Assembly: GCA_963813615.1 (NCBI GenBank)
Contig: CAWFAE010000016.1
Span: forward strand, 164,531 to 228,530
Direction: 5' to 3'
Length of the DNA stretch: 64,000 bases
Source: an uncultured Actinomycetota bacterium
GTDB taxonomy: Bacteria; Actinomycetota; Actinomycetes; Propionibacteriales; Nocardioidaceae
The notes beneath the pieces were generated by a model, which saw nothing but the letters and a program-made list of their open reading frames with translations, had not been told where the DNA came from and ran no database searches. The position numbers and the translations under genes were made by a program. This document shows positions 11,830 through 26,090 of the stretch, in pieces (position 1 is the first letter of the stretch; each line of letters starts with the position of its first letter).

Positions 11830-12455
11830 TCGGCCGGGGCCGTCCGGTTGTACGAGGTCAGCCGCAGCCGGCCGCCCGGCTCGTCCTCGGTGAGCACCGC
11901 CCAGCCGCAGTTGACGAGGGCGCCCGAGGGTGAGGCCGAGCGGCGCTCCCCAGCCCACCAGCTCGGCGAGCCCGACCCGGATCGCCGCGCCGTGCGACAC
12001 GGCCACGGACACCCGTCCCGGCGGCGGTCGCCTCGAGCAGCTCGCGCAGCGCCTCGGCCATCCGGGCCCCCACCTCGGCGGTCGACTCGCCGTCGGCCGC
12101 CTCGAAGTCGCCCGCGCCGGAAGCGCTCGAACGCCTCCGGGTCGCGTCTCGGCGACGCTCTGCGTAGAGTGCGGCCCTGCATCGCCCCGAGGTCGTACTC
12201 CCGCAGCCGGGGGTCGGTGACCACCTCGAGCCCGCACGCCTCGCCGACGTACGCCGCCGTGTCGGCCGCCCGGGCGAGGTCCGAGCTCCACAGCAGGGCG
12301 GGTCGGCGCGGCGGCGATCTCCTTCGCCGCGGCCCGCGCCTGCGCGTGGCCGGTCTCGTCGAGCCCGGCGTCGAGGTGGCCCTGGATCCGGCGCTCGGGG
12401 TTCCAGGCGGTCCGCCCGTGCCGGAGCAGGAGCAGCGCGCGCCGCGTCAGCCACC
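11830..12455 (-). CDS. histidine phosphatase family protein (frameshifted; ends approximate)
   Basis: LLLRHGRTAWN, DPRLREYDLG, VSHGAAIR, NCGWAVL. Confidence 0.8.
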
Positions 12456-12828
12456 GGTGGGCGGCGTCGACGTCGGCCGGCAGCTCGATGGTCGGGCAGT
12501 CGCGCCACAGCCGCTCGAGGGCGTAGAACTGCCGCTCCTCCTCGTGCTGGACGTGCACCACGATCTCGCCGTAGTCGATCAGCACCCAGCGGCCGTCGCG
12601 CTCCCCCTCGCGCCGGATCGGCTTGGCGCCGATCTCGCGCAGCTTGTCCTCGACCTCGTCGACGATCGCCTTGACCTGGCGGTCGTTGGTGGCCGAGGCG
12701 ATCAGGAAGGCGTCGGTGATCGCGAGCTGTTCGCTGACGTCGAAGGCGACGATCTGCTGGGCGAGCTTGTCGCTGGCCGCGCGGGCGGCCGCGACGACGA
12801 GCTCGAGGGCGTGGTCGGTGGCTGTCAC
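12450..12828 (-). CDS. rsfS: ribosome silencing factor RsfS
   Basis: [16 protein letters not shown]...RQVKAIVD...[32 protein letters not shown]; follows nadD. Confidence 0.92.
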
Positions 12829-13445
12829 TGCGTTTCCCTCGGGTAGAGGTCGTGCTTCGGGATGTACTGGACGATGCCGTCGGGCACGAGGTACCAGATC
12901 GGCTGGCCGCGGCGCTGGCGCTCACGGCAGTCGGTGGAGCAGATCGAGAGCGCCGGGATCTCCAGCATCGTCACCCGCTCGGGCGGGATCGCCCGCAGGG
13001 TCTCGGGGTCCATCTCGGAGCCGGGTCGGGTGCAGCCGACGAAGTGCGCGAGCTCGAACGCCTCGTCGGCGTCGCGCCAGGTGAAGATCTCGGTCAGCGC
13101 GTCGGCGCCGGTGATGAAGTAGAGGTCGGCGTCGGGGTGGACCGCGCGCAGGTCGCGCAGCGTGTCGATGGTGTACGTCGGGCCGCCGCGGTCGATGTCG
13201 ACCCGGGAGACCCGGAACCGCGGGTTGGCCGCGGTCGCGATCACGGTCATCAGGTAGCGGTGCTCGGCGGGCGAGACCTGCCGGTCGGCCTTCTGCCACG
13301 GCTCCCCGGTGGGGACGAAGAGGACCTCGTCGAGGCCGAACCAGGCCTGCGCCTCGGAGGCCGCGACCAGGTGCCCGTGGTGGATCGGGTCGAAGGTGCC
13401 GCCCATGACGCCGATCCGACGGCGTGCCGAGGCGGTCTGCGACAT
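12825..13445 (-). CDS. nadD: nicotinate-nucleotide adenylyltransferase
   Basis: [31 protein letters not shown]. Confidence 0.95.
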   Translation of the reverse strand: MSQTASARRRIGVMGGTFDPIHHGHLVAASEAQAWFGLDEVLFVPTGEPWQKADRQVSPAEHRYLMTVIATAANPRFRVSRVDIDRGGPTYTIDTLRDLRAVHPDADLYFITGADALTEIFTWRDADEAFELAHFVGCTRPGSEMDPETLRAIPPERVTMLEIPALSICSTDCRERQRRGQPIWYLVPDGIVQYIPKHDLYPRETQ

Positions 13446-13447
13446 GC

Positions 13448-13605
13448 TCAGGTGTGCTCGCGTCCTCCGCCGAAGGCGACCAGGGCGACCAGCAGCAGGA
13501 GCAGGATGCCCAGCGCGCCGCCGCCGACGAACCACGGGTTGACGGCGGGCTCGCCGTGCTCCTCGGCGGCCGGGTCAGCAGCACGGCGATCTGGCTCAGC
13601 GACAT
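13448..13605 (-). CDS. small membrane protein upstream of nadD
   Basis: Reconstructed ...[34 protein letters not shown]; one TM helix. Confidence 0.6.
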
Positions 13606-13629
13606 GGCCCGCAGCCTACAGAAACCGAC

Positions 13630-14086
13630 TCAGTCGAAGAGGAAATCGACCCCGACCAGCACCAGCCAGAACCGCAGGGTCCGGCCGACGAAGATCGTCG
13701 GGAGGAACACCCAGAACGGCATCTTCAGCACGCCGGCGACCGCCGCCATCACCAGCAGCGGCGGGATCCCGCCCAGCGCGGCGGCGAACATGACCGCGCC
13801 GCCGTACCAGGGGCGGCCCTGCATCGCGCCCACCCAGTGCTCGTAGGCGGCCTTCACCTTCGGCGCGGAGAGCTTCTTCTGCGCCCACTCGGACTCGATG
13901 CCGCGCCTGGCGACCTCGTACCAGAAGATCTTGCCGATGGTCTGCCCGGCGCCGGCGGCGATGCCGAGGCGTCACCGCCTCGCCGGAGCCGACGGCACCG
14001 ACGCCGGCGAGATAGAGCTCGATGTTGATCAGGGGAAGCAGTGCCGAGGCCATGCTCACGCCGAACGTGGTCAGCAGCAGGATCAT
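13630..14086 (-). CDS. DedA/VTT-like membrane protein (frameshifted)
   Basis: [26 protein letters not shown]...GQTIGKIFWY...GIPPLLVMAAVAGVLKM...GRTLRF. Confidence 0.65.
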
Positions 14087-14702
14087 CGATGTTCGCGGTC
14101 GGGACCTGCTCAGGGACCGGCATCCCGAGCTGCAGCAGCCACCGCAGGGAGACGCACTTGAGCACGAGCAGGGCGATCGCGATCACCAGACCAAGCCACC
14201 ACCAGCCGGTGACCAGCAGGAGCACGGCGAACAGCGCCGAGTTGACCGCCTTGGCCGGCTTCGACCAGTTCCACAGGTAGATCCGCCGGTCGACGACGTA
14301 GAAGTAGTTGGGGCTGCGGATCGGCCAGGCGAGGAACGCCAGCGACAGGAACACGTCGATCACCATGAACTCGAAGAGGTAGACGCCGACGGGCAGCGCC
14401 ATCTCGGGCTCGAGCCAGGCGAGGCCGACGTAGAACGCCGCGCAGTTGAGCCGGTCGCACAACATGTCGATGCAGGCGCCGGTGCGGGTCTCGCAGTCGA
14501 ACCAGCGCGCCCACGCGCCGTCGAGGCTGTCGCCGACCCAGTAGACGACGAGGCCGACGACCAGCCAGAGCTTCTCGCCCTCGTAGGCGCCGCACAGGCA
14601 GAGCACGAGCGACGCGATGGTGCGGATGAACGTGATGACCGTGGCGCCGGTCCAGAGCCGCTCCACGGACGCGTCAGCGTGGATCGGCAGGTCCTTCGGC
14701 AT
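14083..14702 (-). CDS. CDP-alcohol phosphatidyltransferase family protein
   Basis: [26 protein letters not shown] matches the DxxDGxxAR...GxxxDxxxD signature. Confidence 0.85.
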
Positions 14703-14732
14703 GGGCGAAAGGTATCTCGTGGGGTGCGCCGG

Positions 14733-15990
14733 TCAGCGCACGTGTCCCTCGCCGGTGACGACGTACTTCGTGGACGTCATCTCCGGCAGCCCCATCGGTC
14801 CGCGGGCGTGCAGCTTCTGGGTGCTGATCCCGATCTCCGCGCCGAACCCGAACTCGCCGCCGTCGGTGAACCGGGTCGAGGCGTTGACCAGCACCGCGGC
14901 CGAGTCGACCGCGGCCACGAACCGCCGGGCCGCGGCCTGGTCGCCGGTGACGATCGCGTCGGTGTGCTGGCTGGAGTAGCGGCGGATGTGGGCGATCGCC
15001 GCGTCCAGGTCGGGTACGACGGCGGCGGAGATGTCGAGGGAGAGGTACTCGCGCGCGTAGTCCTCGTCGGTGGCCGGCAGCACCCCGTCGTACGCCGCGA
15101 ACGCCTCGTCGCCGTGGACGGTGACGCCGGCCTCCTGGAGCGCGGCGACCACCCGCGGCAGGAACGCGTCGGCGACGTCGGCGTGCACGAGCAGGGACTC
15201 GGCCGCGTTGCAGACGCTGGTGCGGTGGGTCTTGGCGTTGACCACGATCGCGAGCGCCTTGTCGAGGTCGGCGGCGCGCGTCGACGTAGACGTGGCAGTT
15301 GCCGACGCCGGTCTCGATCACCGGCACCGTCGACTCCTCGACGACCGAGCGGATCAGGCCGGCGCCGCCGCGCGGGATCAGCACGTCGACCAGGCCGCGG
15401 GCGCGCATCAGCGCCTTGACGCTCTCGTGGGTGTCGCCGGGCACCAGCTGGACGACGTCGGCGGTCCAGCCCGGCGGAGGCGGCCGCGTCGCGGAGCACG
15501 TCGACGATCGCGGCGTTGCTGGACCGCGCGCTCGAGCTGCCGCGGAGCAGCACCGCGTTGCCGGACTTCAGGCAGATGCCGGCGGCGTCGGCGGTGACGT
15601 TGGGTCGGGCCTCGTAGATGATCCCGACCACCCCGAACGGCACCCGCACCTGGCGCAGCTCCAGGCCGTTGGCGAGGGTGCTGCCGCGGACCACCTCGCC
15701 GACCGGGTCGGGCAGGCCGGCGACGTCGCGCAGTCCCTGGGCCATCGCCGTCGAGCCGCTCGGGCGTCGAGCCGCAGCCGGTCGATGATGTTGGCCGGCG
15801 TCCCGTCGGCCTCCGCGCGCGGCGACGTCGTCGGCGTTCGCGGCGAGGATCTCGCTCGGCCCGGGCCAGCAGCGCGTCGGCCATCGCGTGCAGCGCGGCG
15901 TCCTTCTCGCGCCCGGGTGGCCAGCGCCAGCGCGTGGCTGGCCACCCGCGCGCGCTCCGCCGTCTCGACGACCTCCTGCTGGATGCTCAC
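14733..15990 (-). CDS. proA: glutamate-5-semialdehyde dehydrogenase (frameshifted)
   Basis: [69 protein letters not shown]. Confidence 0.95.
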
Positions 15991-16003
15991 CCGAAAAGGG
16001 TAG

Positions 16004-16431
16004 TCAGGTCTGACCGCGCTCCTCGAGCCCCATCTCAATTAGCCACCGTCGCGCCTTGGTCTTCGGCGCCCGCGCCAGCCAGGCGTCCGCGACGACCTCG
16101 GCGAGCTCGTCCACGTCGAGCTCGCCGACCCGGCACCCGCGCAGCAGCACTGACGGGTGGCCGTTGAAGTGCGGAGTGGTGAAGAACGGCAGCGACTCGT
16201 CGGCCAGCAGCTCGTGCTTCACCTCCTCCGACTCGACCCAGAACACGATCACGTCGTCGTACCGCTCCCCCGTCTCGGGATCGAACGCGTCCGGCCGCGG
16301 GGTGCGGAAGAATACAAAGCTCTTCGCGGCTCACCTGGTAGACGGCCTTCTTCGGATCGGGGTAGCGGGTCGCGCCCGGCATCGACAGAGCGAGACGGTG
16401 CACGTCCTTCGACGGTCGCGCGGCGGGCCAT
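16004..16431 (-). CDS. MmcQ/YjbR family DNA-binding protein (frameshifted)
   Basis: VHRLALSMPG...DVIVFWV...FFTTPHFNGHPSVLLR...DAWLARAP. Confidence 0.8.
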
Positions 16432-16449
16432 GCCCGCAGGGTACGACGC

Positions 16450-17339
16450 TCAGCCGAGGCGCTTCCGGGCGCGAGCGAGGCCCTGGGCGTGCCGGCGGAC
16501 ATCGGCCCAGGGGCAGGCGCGGCGGCGCAACCGTCGCCGTACCGATGCGATGTCGTGAGCGTCCGGCGCGACCCGGGACAGCTCGGACCACTCGATCGGG
16601 GTCGCCACCGGCGCGCCCGGCCGGGGCCGGACGGCGTACGGCGGGACGGCGGTCTGTCCGTACCGTTGCGCAGCACGTCGACGAAGACCCGGTCGCCGCG
16701 CTTGGCCTTCCGGTGCTCGAGGGTGAGCAGGTCGGGATCGTCGTCGACGAGGCACCTCGGCGACCCGGCGGGCGAACGCGCGGACGTCGTCGAACCCGAG
16801 GTCGCGGCGCAACGGGACCAGCACGTGATAGCCCCGCGACCCGGTCGTCTTGAGGTACGTCGTGAGCCCGAGGTCGTCGAGCAGCCACCCGACGAGCGGG
16901 TCGCCCGGCGTACCGCGGCGTGTCCGGGTCGTCGTCGGAAGGGTCCAGGTCGAAGATCAGCTGGTCCGGGCCGCTCCAGGTCGTCCTCCGGGACAGCCAG
17001 GTGTGCGGGGTGATGCAGGCCTGCTGGGCGAGGTAGACGAGGGTCCGAGCGTCGTCGGCGACGACCTGCCGCTGCGGCTCGTCGGCGGTGTCGACCTGGG
17101 TGGTGGGCACCCAGTCCGGGAAGTGCGACTGGCACCTTCTTCTCGTAGAACGCGCCGCCCTGGATGCCGTCGGGGAAGCGCTGCATGTTGACGGGCCGGC
17201 CGCGCACGTGCGGCAGCATCACGTCGGCGATCTCGTCGTAGTACGTCGCCAGATCGAGCTTGGTGATCCCGTCGTCCGGGAACAGCACTTTCTCGGGTTT
17301 GCTGACCTCGACGCCGTGGACGTGCAGAGTGTCTGCCAC
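16450..17339 (-). CDS. stand-alone LigD polymerase (primase-polymerase) domain protein (frameshifted)
   Basis: VSKPEKVLFPDDGITKLDLATYY, RPVNMQRFPDGI, PDQLIFDLDP, KTTGSRGYH, GQTAVPPYAVRPRPGAPVATPIEW. Confidence 0.88.
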
Positions 17340-17452
17340 GATCCGGCGGTACCCATCGCCTTCGAAGGCAACCAAACCGGCGCTCAGTGCGTCACCACGG
17401 GTAAGGGCGGCTCCGCCCGCCATCGCATCCCCCGTCGAAAGGCAACCCCACC

Positions 17453-18912
17453 GTGCACCGACGCATCGCGCTCGCCCTCGCGGCGACGCTCATCGCGGCC
17501 CCACTCGCCGCCCTCCCGACCACCGCGCAGGCCGACGAGGCGACACGCCGACCCCGTCCTCAGCCTGCGACTCCCGCCCGGACGGTCGCCTACACCTACG
17601 GCGCCGCGGCTGCACCGAGTCCCGCTGGCCGGTCGACTGCGCGCCGGGGCGACCCGTTCGAGGTCTGGTCCACGCGGCCGTCGTACGACGAAGCATCCGC
17701 ACCGTCTGGAAGTCCCCGACGGCGACGTCGAGCTGCCGGCCGGCTCGATGAAGACCTTCGGCGGGCTGCACCGCTTCCTCAAGTTCAGCGTGAAGAACGT
17801 GGCGACCGGGAAGGTCGAGCACGAGCTGGAAGGACATCTGCCTGAACTCCTACGAGTCCCAGCGCACCCGGCCCGACGCGCCGGCCACCTCCCCGTACCC
17901 CTACGACTGCCCGCTACAACCCCTACACCCTCGGGTCGGTGCAGGGCATCCAGGCGGGCTGGACGAGCAACGTGCTCGGCTGGCAGAACCCGCTCCGCCT
18001 GCCTCCGGCCAGTACGACGTCACCTCGCGATCGCGCCGGAGTACGCCGAGGCGTTCGGCCTCGCCCCCGCCGACGCCGGGCACCACCCGGCTGGTCGTGA
18101 AGAAGGGCAGCGGTGACGAGGCGGGCCGCCGACCGCGCCGAGCCCGCGGCCGCACGCGAAGGCACCGACCGGCCCGACGCACGTCGGACGCCGAGGCGCT
18201 CGAGGGCCCGGTCCCCGACCTGCGGTCGCTGCCCGCCTTGGGCATCGGCATCTCCCGCAACGGCAACAACCTGCCGGTTCGCGGCCACCGTCTGGAACGC
18301 CGGCAACAGCCCGCTGGTCGTCGACGGCTTCCGCGCGAGGGCGAGGACCAGATGGACGCCTACCAGTACTTCTTCGACGCCGACGGCAACCAGACCGGCT
18401 ACCAGCAGGTCGGCGACGATGCACTGGCACGCCAGCCGACCCACCAGCACTGGCACTTCAAGGACTTCGCGCGCTACCGGCTGCTCGACGCGGACATGAC
18501 CCTGGCGGTCGCTCGACGCAAGGAGGCGTTCTGCCTGGCCAACACCGACGCCGTCGACTACACCGTGCCGGACGCCGACTGGCAGCCGGAGAACACCGAC
18601 CTCGCCACCGCCTGCGGCGGCGACGGACTCCCTGTCGATCCGCGAGGTGCTCTCGGCCGGCTGGGGTGACACCTACGCCCAGTACCGCGCCGGCCAGGCG
18701 TTCCGGATCGAGGACCTGCCCAACGGCGTCTACTACATCGCGGTCGAGGCCAACCCGAACGGCAACGCTGGTCGAGTCGACGACACCGACAACAACGACG
18801 TCGCTGCGCAAGATCATCCTCTCCGGCAAGCGCCGGCGACCGCAAGGTGAGGGTCGCCAAGGTCGGCATCATCGACGAGGAGCGGATCGGCGGCTTCTTC
18901 CTGACCAACTGA
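17453..18912 (+). CDS. secreted lysyl oxidase family protein (frameshifted)
   Basis: Signal peptide; PDLRSLPA, VWNAGNSPLVVDGF, HQHWHFKDFARYRLL, KEAFCLANTD, GWGDTY, LPNGVYYIAVEANP. Confidence 0.78.
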
Positions 18913-18979
18913 GCCCCAGACGACAAGCGCTGCCCGTCAGCAGAATGTCGTGACGGGTCAGCGTTCGGCTGGTGACGGG

Positions 18980-19937
18980 TCAGCCCTTGCGCTTGTTGAT
19001 CTCCTCGGTGGCGGCGGGGAGGACCGTGTGCAGGTCGCCCACGACGCCGAAGTCGACCAGCTCGAAGATCGGGGCCTCTTCGTCCTTGTTGACGGCCACG
19101 ATGGTCTTCGAGGTCTGCATGCCGGCGCGGTGCTGGATCGCACCGGAGATGCCGGCGGCGATGTAGAGCTGCGGCGAGACGGTCTTGCCGGTCTGGCCGA
19201 CCTGGAAGGCGTGCGGGATCCAGCCGGAGTCGACCGCGGCGCGCGAGGCGCCGACGGCGGCGCCGAGGGCGTCGGCGAGGCCTCGACCGGCTCGAAGTCG
19301 CCACCGGTGCCGCGGCCGCCGGAGACCACGATCGCGGCCTCGGTGAGCTCGGGGCGACCGGTGGCCTTGCGCGGCTGGGAGGCCACGATCTGCGCCTTCT
19401 TGGCCGCGTCGGAGACGGTCGCGGCGAACTCCTCGACCGTCGCCGGCGCCCTCGGCCTCCTCCGGGGCGGCGGAGTTCGGCTTGACCGTGATGATCGGCG
19501 TGCCCTTGGTGACCTTCGCCTTGACCGTGTAGTTGCCGGCGAAGACCGACTGGGTGGTCCCGGCCGTCCTCGGCGACGTCGACCGCGTCGGTGATCAGGC
19601 CCGGAGTCGAGCTTGATCGCCAGCCGGCCGGCGATCTCCTTGCCCTCGAAGGAGGAGGAGATCAGGATCGCGGCCGGCGACGGTCTTCTCGGCCAGCTGC
19701 TGCAGCGCCTCGGCCTTGGGGGCCACCAGGTAGCCCTTGATCTCGGCGTCGTCGACGACGTAGACCTTCTCCGCGCCGTACTTCTTGACCTCCTCGGCCA
19801 CCGCGCCGGCCTTGTCGGCCGCCGCCGATGAAGACCGCGGACGGCTCGCCGAGCCGCTTGGCGATGGTGAGGAGCTCGTAGGTGGGCTTGCTGACCTCGC
19901 CGTCGACGTGGTCGACGAGAACCAGAACTTCAGACAT
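18980..19937 (-). CDS. etfA: electron transfer flavoprotein alpha subunit (frameshifted)
   Basis: [52 protein letters not shown]. Confidence 0.92.
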
Positions 19938-19954
19938 GTCAGCTCATCCGCTCC

Positions 19955-20758
19955 TCAGATGAACTTCTTGGAGGCGAGGAACTCGGCCAGCGCCGTGGCG
20001 CCCGAGCCGTCCTCGTCGTTGACGATCTCGCCGGCGGTGCGCGGCGGACGCTCGGTGGTCTCCTCGACCTGCGGTCCACGCGACCGACAGGCCGACCTCG
20101 CCGGCGTCGACGCCGAGGTCGCCCAGGGAGTAGGTCTCCAGCGGCTTCTTCTTCGCCGCCATGATGCCCTTGAACGACGGGTAGCGGGCCTCGCCGGACT
20201 GGTCGGTCACCGAGAGCACCAGCGGCATCGTCGCCGCCGATGACCTCGGTCGCGGCGTCGCCGTCGCGCTTGATCGCGGAGCTGGTCGCCCTGGGTCTCG
20301 ATCACCGAGGCGAGGGTGACCTGGGGCAGGCCGAGCCGCTCGGCGAGCATCGCCGGGACGACGCTCATCGCGCCGTCGGTCGAGGCCATGCCGCAGAGCA
20401 CGAGGTCGACGGCGCCATCGCCGATCTTCTCGACCGCCTTGGCCAGCACCAGCGAGGTCGCGATCGCGTCGGAGCCGGCGATCGCGTCGTCGTGGACGTG
20501 GACGCCCTGGTCGGCGCCCATCTGCAGCGCCTTGCGCACCGCGTCGACGGCCTTCTCGGGGCCGACGCACAGCGCGGTGACCGTCACGTCCTCCGGGTTG
20601 TCGGCCTTCTCCTTGATCTGGAGCGCCTGCTCGACGGCGTACTCGTCGAGCTCGGACAGCAGACCGTCGACACCCACGCGGTCAACGGTGTTGTCCGACT
20701 CGAACCGCCGGTCGGCGGTCGCGTCGGGCACGTACTTCACACAGACGACAATGTTCAT
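19955..20758 (-). CDS. etfB: electron transfer flavoprotein beta subunit (frameshifted)
   Basis: MNIVVCVKYVPD, SELDEYAVEQAL, RYPSFKGIMAAKKK. Confidence 0.92.
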
Positions 20759-20909
20759 GGTGTGTGGCCGGAACGGCCCCTCCTGTGCGCATCGGTCAGC
20801 CATGTGGTGGCAGCGTGGGGCAGGTTACTGGCGGGTCACGTGCGGCGGAACACGGTCCACGCGTGGACTCCCTCACAGCGTGTTCCGGGTCACGCCGGTG
20901 CGCGCCGGC

Positions 20910-21256
20910 TCAGGGCTGGATCATGCGCTCCAGGAACCGGCCGACGATCAGGTAGACGACCGCGCCGATGCCCTAGTTGAACAGCGCGTTCTTGACCTCG
21001 GCGTTCTCGCCGTTGAACTGCCTTGATGGCGTTGTCGCAGGTCGAAGACGCCCGAGGTCGACCGCGTTGGCGACGTCGAGCACGAAGCTGCACCAGCGCG
21101 TTGTCCTGGTTGGCGTCGAGCGCGATCAGCAGGGCGCGCAGAGCGCGAGGACCAGCCGAAGACGACGAACGATGCAGCCAGACCACGCTGCGCAGCGCGT
21201 GGTGCGGACCGTTGTCGGTGTTGGTGACGTCGCCTTCGGCCCCATGCCCTGCTCAC
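20910..21256 (-). CDS. small hypothetical membrane protein (frameshifted)
   Basis: Reconstructed ...[15 protein letters not shown]...[26 protein letters not shown]; coupled to the upstream hydratase. Confidence 0.5.
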
Positions 21257-22035
21257 CGTCCACTGAACTCGGCCTTGCCCGGGCCGTTCTCGACGAAGGA
21301 TCCATGCCGATCGCGCGGTCCTCGGTGGCGAACAGCGCCGCGAACTGCTGACGCTCGATCTCCAGGCCGGTCTCGAGGTCGACCTCGAGGCCGCGGTCGA
21401 TGCTCTCCTTGGCGGCCCGCAGGGCGTACGCCGCGGCGCCGGCGAACTGCCGCGCCCAGGCGACGCGCCTCGTCGTAGACCTGCGGCGGCCGGGACGACC
21501 CGGTCGACCAGCCCGATCGCCAGCGCCTCGTCGGCCTTGACGAACCGGCCGGTGAAGATCAGGTCCTTGGCCTTGCTCGGGCCGACCAGCCGGGTGAGCC
21601 GCTGGGTGCCGCCGGCGCCGGGGATGATGCCGAGCAGGATCTCGGGCTGGCCGAGCGTCGCGTCCTCGGCGGCGATCCGGAGTCGGCGCACAGCGCGAGC
21701 TCGCAGCCGCCGCCGAGCGCGTAGCCGTTGACCGCCGCGACGACCGGCTTCGGGATCTTCGCCACCGCCGTGAACGCCGACTGCAGCGCGCCGGAGCGCG
21801 GACCATGTCCGTGGTAGGACATGTCGGCCATCTCCTTGATGTCGGCGCCGGCGGCGAACACCCGCTCGCCGCCGTAGACGACGACGGCGCGGACGTCGTC
21901 GCGCTCGGCGGCCTCGGTGGCCGCGGCGCGGATCTCCTCCTGCACCTGCACGTTGAGGGCGTTCATCTTCGGCCGGTCCAGCCGGATCGTGCCGACGCCG
22001 TCGGCTGCACCTCGAGGCCGCACGAACTCGCTCAT
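21253..22035 (-). CDS. enoyl-CoA hydratase/isomerase (frameshifted)
   Basis: [52 protein letters not shown]. Confidence 0.9.
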
Positions 22036-22127
22036 GGTCCCTCCTCCGTCGCCTGGGCGGTTGCAGCAATCCGCCCCGCATTGTGGCCGTCACCCCTCGC
22101 TGCCCTCGGGTGGCGGCATCGGGAAGA

Positions 22128-24292
<2,165 letters not shown>

Positions 24293-24296
24293 CGCG

Positions 24297-24665
24297 ATGG
24301 CGCGCCGGACACCTGCGTCCGCTCCCTGCTCACGCGTGCGGGCTACGACGTACAGCGCGTGCGGGACGGCGCCTAGCTGGTCCAGGCAACGCGGCGCTCG
24401 ACCAGCGGTGACCGTGCAGCACGATCGGGTCCGTCGAAGATCGGCCCGGTGCTGCTCGCGACGACGACGGCACCTCCGGCGGATGCGGCGCACCGCAGCG
24501 CTCGTCGCCCAGTTCGCCGACGAGCACCGGCCTGGGTGTTGCAGAAGCTGCGGATCGACTGCGTGCTGGACGTCGGGGCAACCGAGGCCAGCTCGCGCGT
24601 CGGCTCGCGGCCTGGGGTTCGCCGGGCGGATCGCCTCGTTCGAGCCGGTGCGCCGACTGCGGCTG
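24297..24665 (+). pseudogene. 5' fragment of an FkbM-family methyltransferase
   Basis: WVLQKLRIDCVLDVGA...LGFAGRIASFEPV, then coding sense breaks off. Confidence 0.55.
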
Positions 24666-24689
24666 ACTCGGTCCGCCGGACTCGGGCGA

Positions 24690-25185
24690 CGCAGTCGACG
24701 CCGAGGAACGCCGACGCGCCGATGTCGACGGGCCGCCTGGTCGCCGGCCTCGATCTGATCGGCGAGCGCGAGCGCCATGTCGAGCTGATGGCGTAGCCGG
24801 TGATGTCCGGGCACCGGTCGACGCGGCCGTGGTCATCCCGACGACCTCGCCCTGAGAGTCGAGCATGGCGCCGCCGGAGTCGCCGGACGACCACGTCGAC
24901 GTTCGCACTCGATCAGGCCGGACACCGTCTCGCCCTGGCCGTTCCGTCGGTGGAGGCGGTGATGGTCTGGTCCAGGCTCGCGTGACCGGGCCGCTCGCCG
25001 CGACCAGGTCGCCGCGGCCCTCGGCGTTGCCGAGCCGTGGTGACGGTGTCGCCGGATCTTGCGCGTTGCCGTCGTCGGTCGATCGGTGGCCGCGGGTCAG
25101 ATCCGAGTTCGACGTCTCATGGAGCCGCAGCACGCGCGACGTCGTTGGTGGCGTCGAAGCCGACGTACCTCGGCCTGGTAGGTCT
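24690..25185 (-). pseudogene. internal fragment of an HtrA/S1C-type serine protease
   Basis: VGFDATNDVA.L, LGNAEG, SGDSGGAMLDSQGEVVGMTTAAS, AFLGV; N-terminus and PDZ region not seen. Confidence 0.6.
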
Positions 25186-25269
25186 TGAACCGATCAAGGA
25201 AGACCTCTCGAGGTGACACCCGCGATCTGGGTGGCGCCGTTCGACAACGTGGTAGGGGTTGAGTCAGCA

Positions 25270-26090
25270 CCAGGTCCGTCGAGTTGAGCAGAGATCAGTT
25301 CCCGCAATGGGCCGACCTGCCGCTCGAACCAGTTGGCAACGGTGGCTGGGACAACTGGACCTTCCACCTCGGCGAAGAGCTGGTCGTGCGCCTCCCGAGC
25401 GCCACCGAATACGCGCCAGGCGGTCGAGAAGGAACACCAGTGGCTACCTGCGCTCTCTGCACGACTGCCGCTGCTGATACCGACCTCGGTCGCCAGGGGT
25501 GCGCCGAGCCGCCGACGATCCGCATCCCTGGTCGATCGACCGGTTGTTCGATGGTCGAAGCCGCCGCTGTCGAACGGATCGCCGACCCCCGTGAATTCGC
25601 CGCCGACCGGGCGGTAGCCGCTGCTCTGCAGGCTGTCGACCCAACTGAGGGACCGCAACCCGGCATACACAACTGGTTCCGAGGCGGCACCCTGCGCACC
25701 TGCGACGGCGAGACCGCCGCGCCGTGGAGGACCTCGAAGGGCACATCGACGTCGACTCGGTCCGCAGAGTCTGGGCCGAAGCCCTCAACGCAGAGTGGGA
25801 CGGCGTCGCCGCTGGTTCCACGGTGACATTGCCGCAAGGGAACGGCATTCGACACCGCCGGGCAACTCGCAGCCGTGATCGACATAGGTGCCTGCGGGGT
25901 CGAGTGACCCCGCCTGCGACTTGGCCGTCGCCTGGATTCTCCTGACCATTGAGGGCCGACAGGCCTTCGGAGACCGTCTTGCTGTGGACGATCCGACCTG
26001 GGCGCGAGGACGGCTGGCACTGGAAGACCTGGCCACTGCTGGCACCGTCGACGGACGCCCGGTGACAAGCGACAGAGTGCGACACAGGTC
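25270..26090 (+). pseudogene. aminoglycoside phosphotransferase-family protein, degraded
   Basis: QFPQWADLPL...GWDNWTFHLG..RLPS...VEKEHQWLP, WFHGD, AAVID, DPACDLAVAW; many frame breaks. Confidence 0.65.

Noticed and set aside
11614-12828. Apparent RsfS-histidine phosphatase fusion (404-aa ORF)
   Set aside because: These are normally adjacent separate genes, and the region is full of indels, so one indel at the junction explains it
13854-14702. Extended 282-aa CDP-alcohol transferase overlapping the next gene
   Set aside because: The tail is out-of-frame read-through over an ATGA-type junction near 14083-14086
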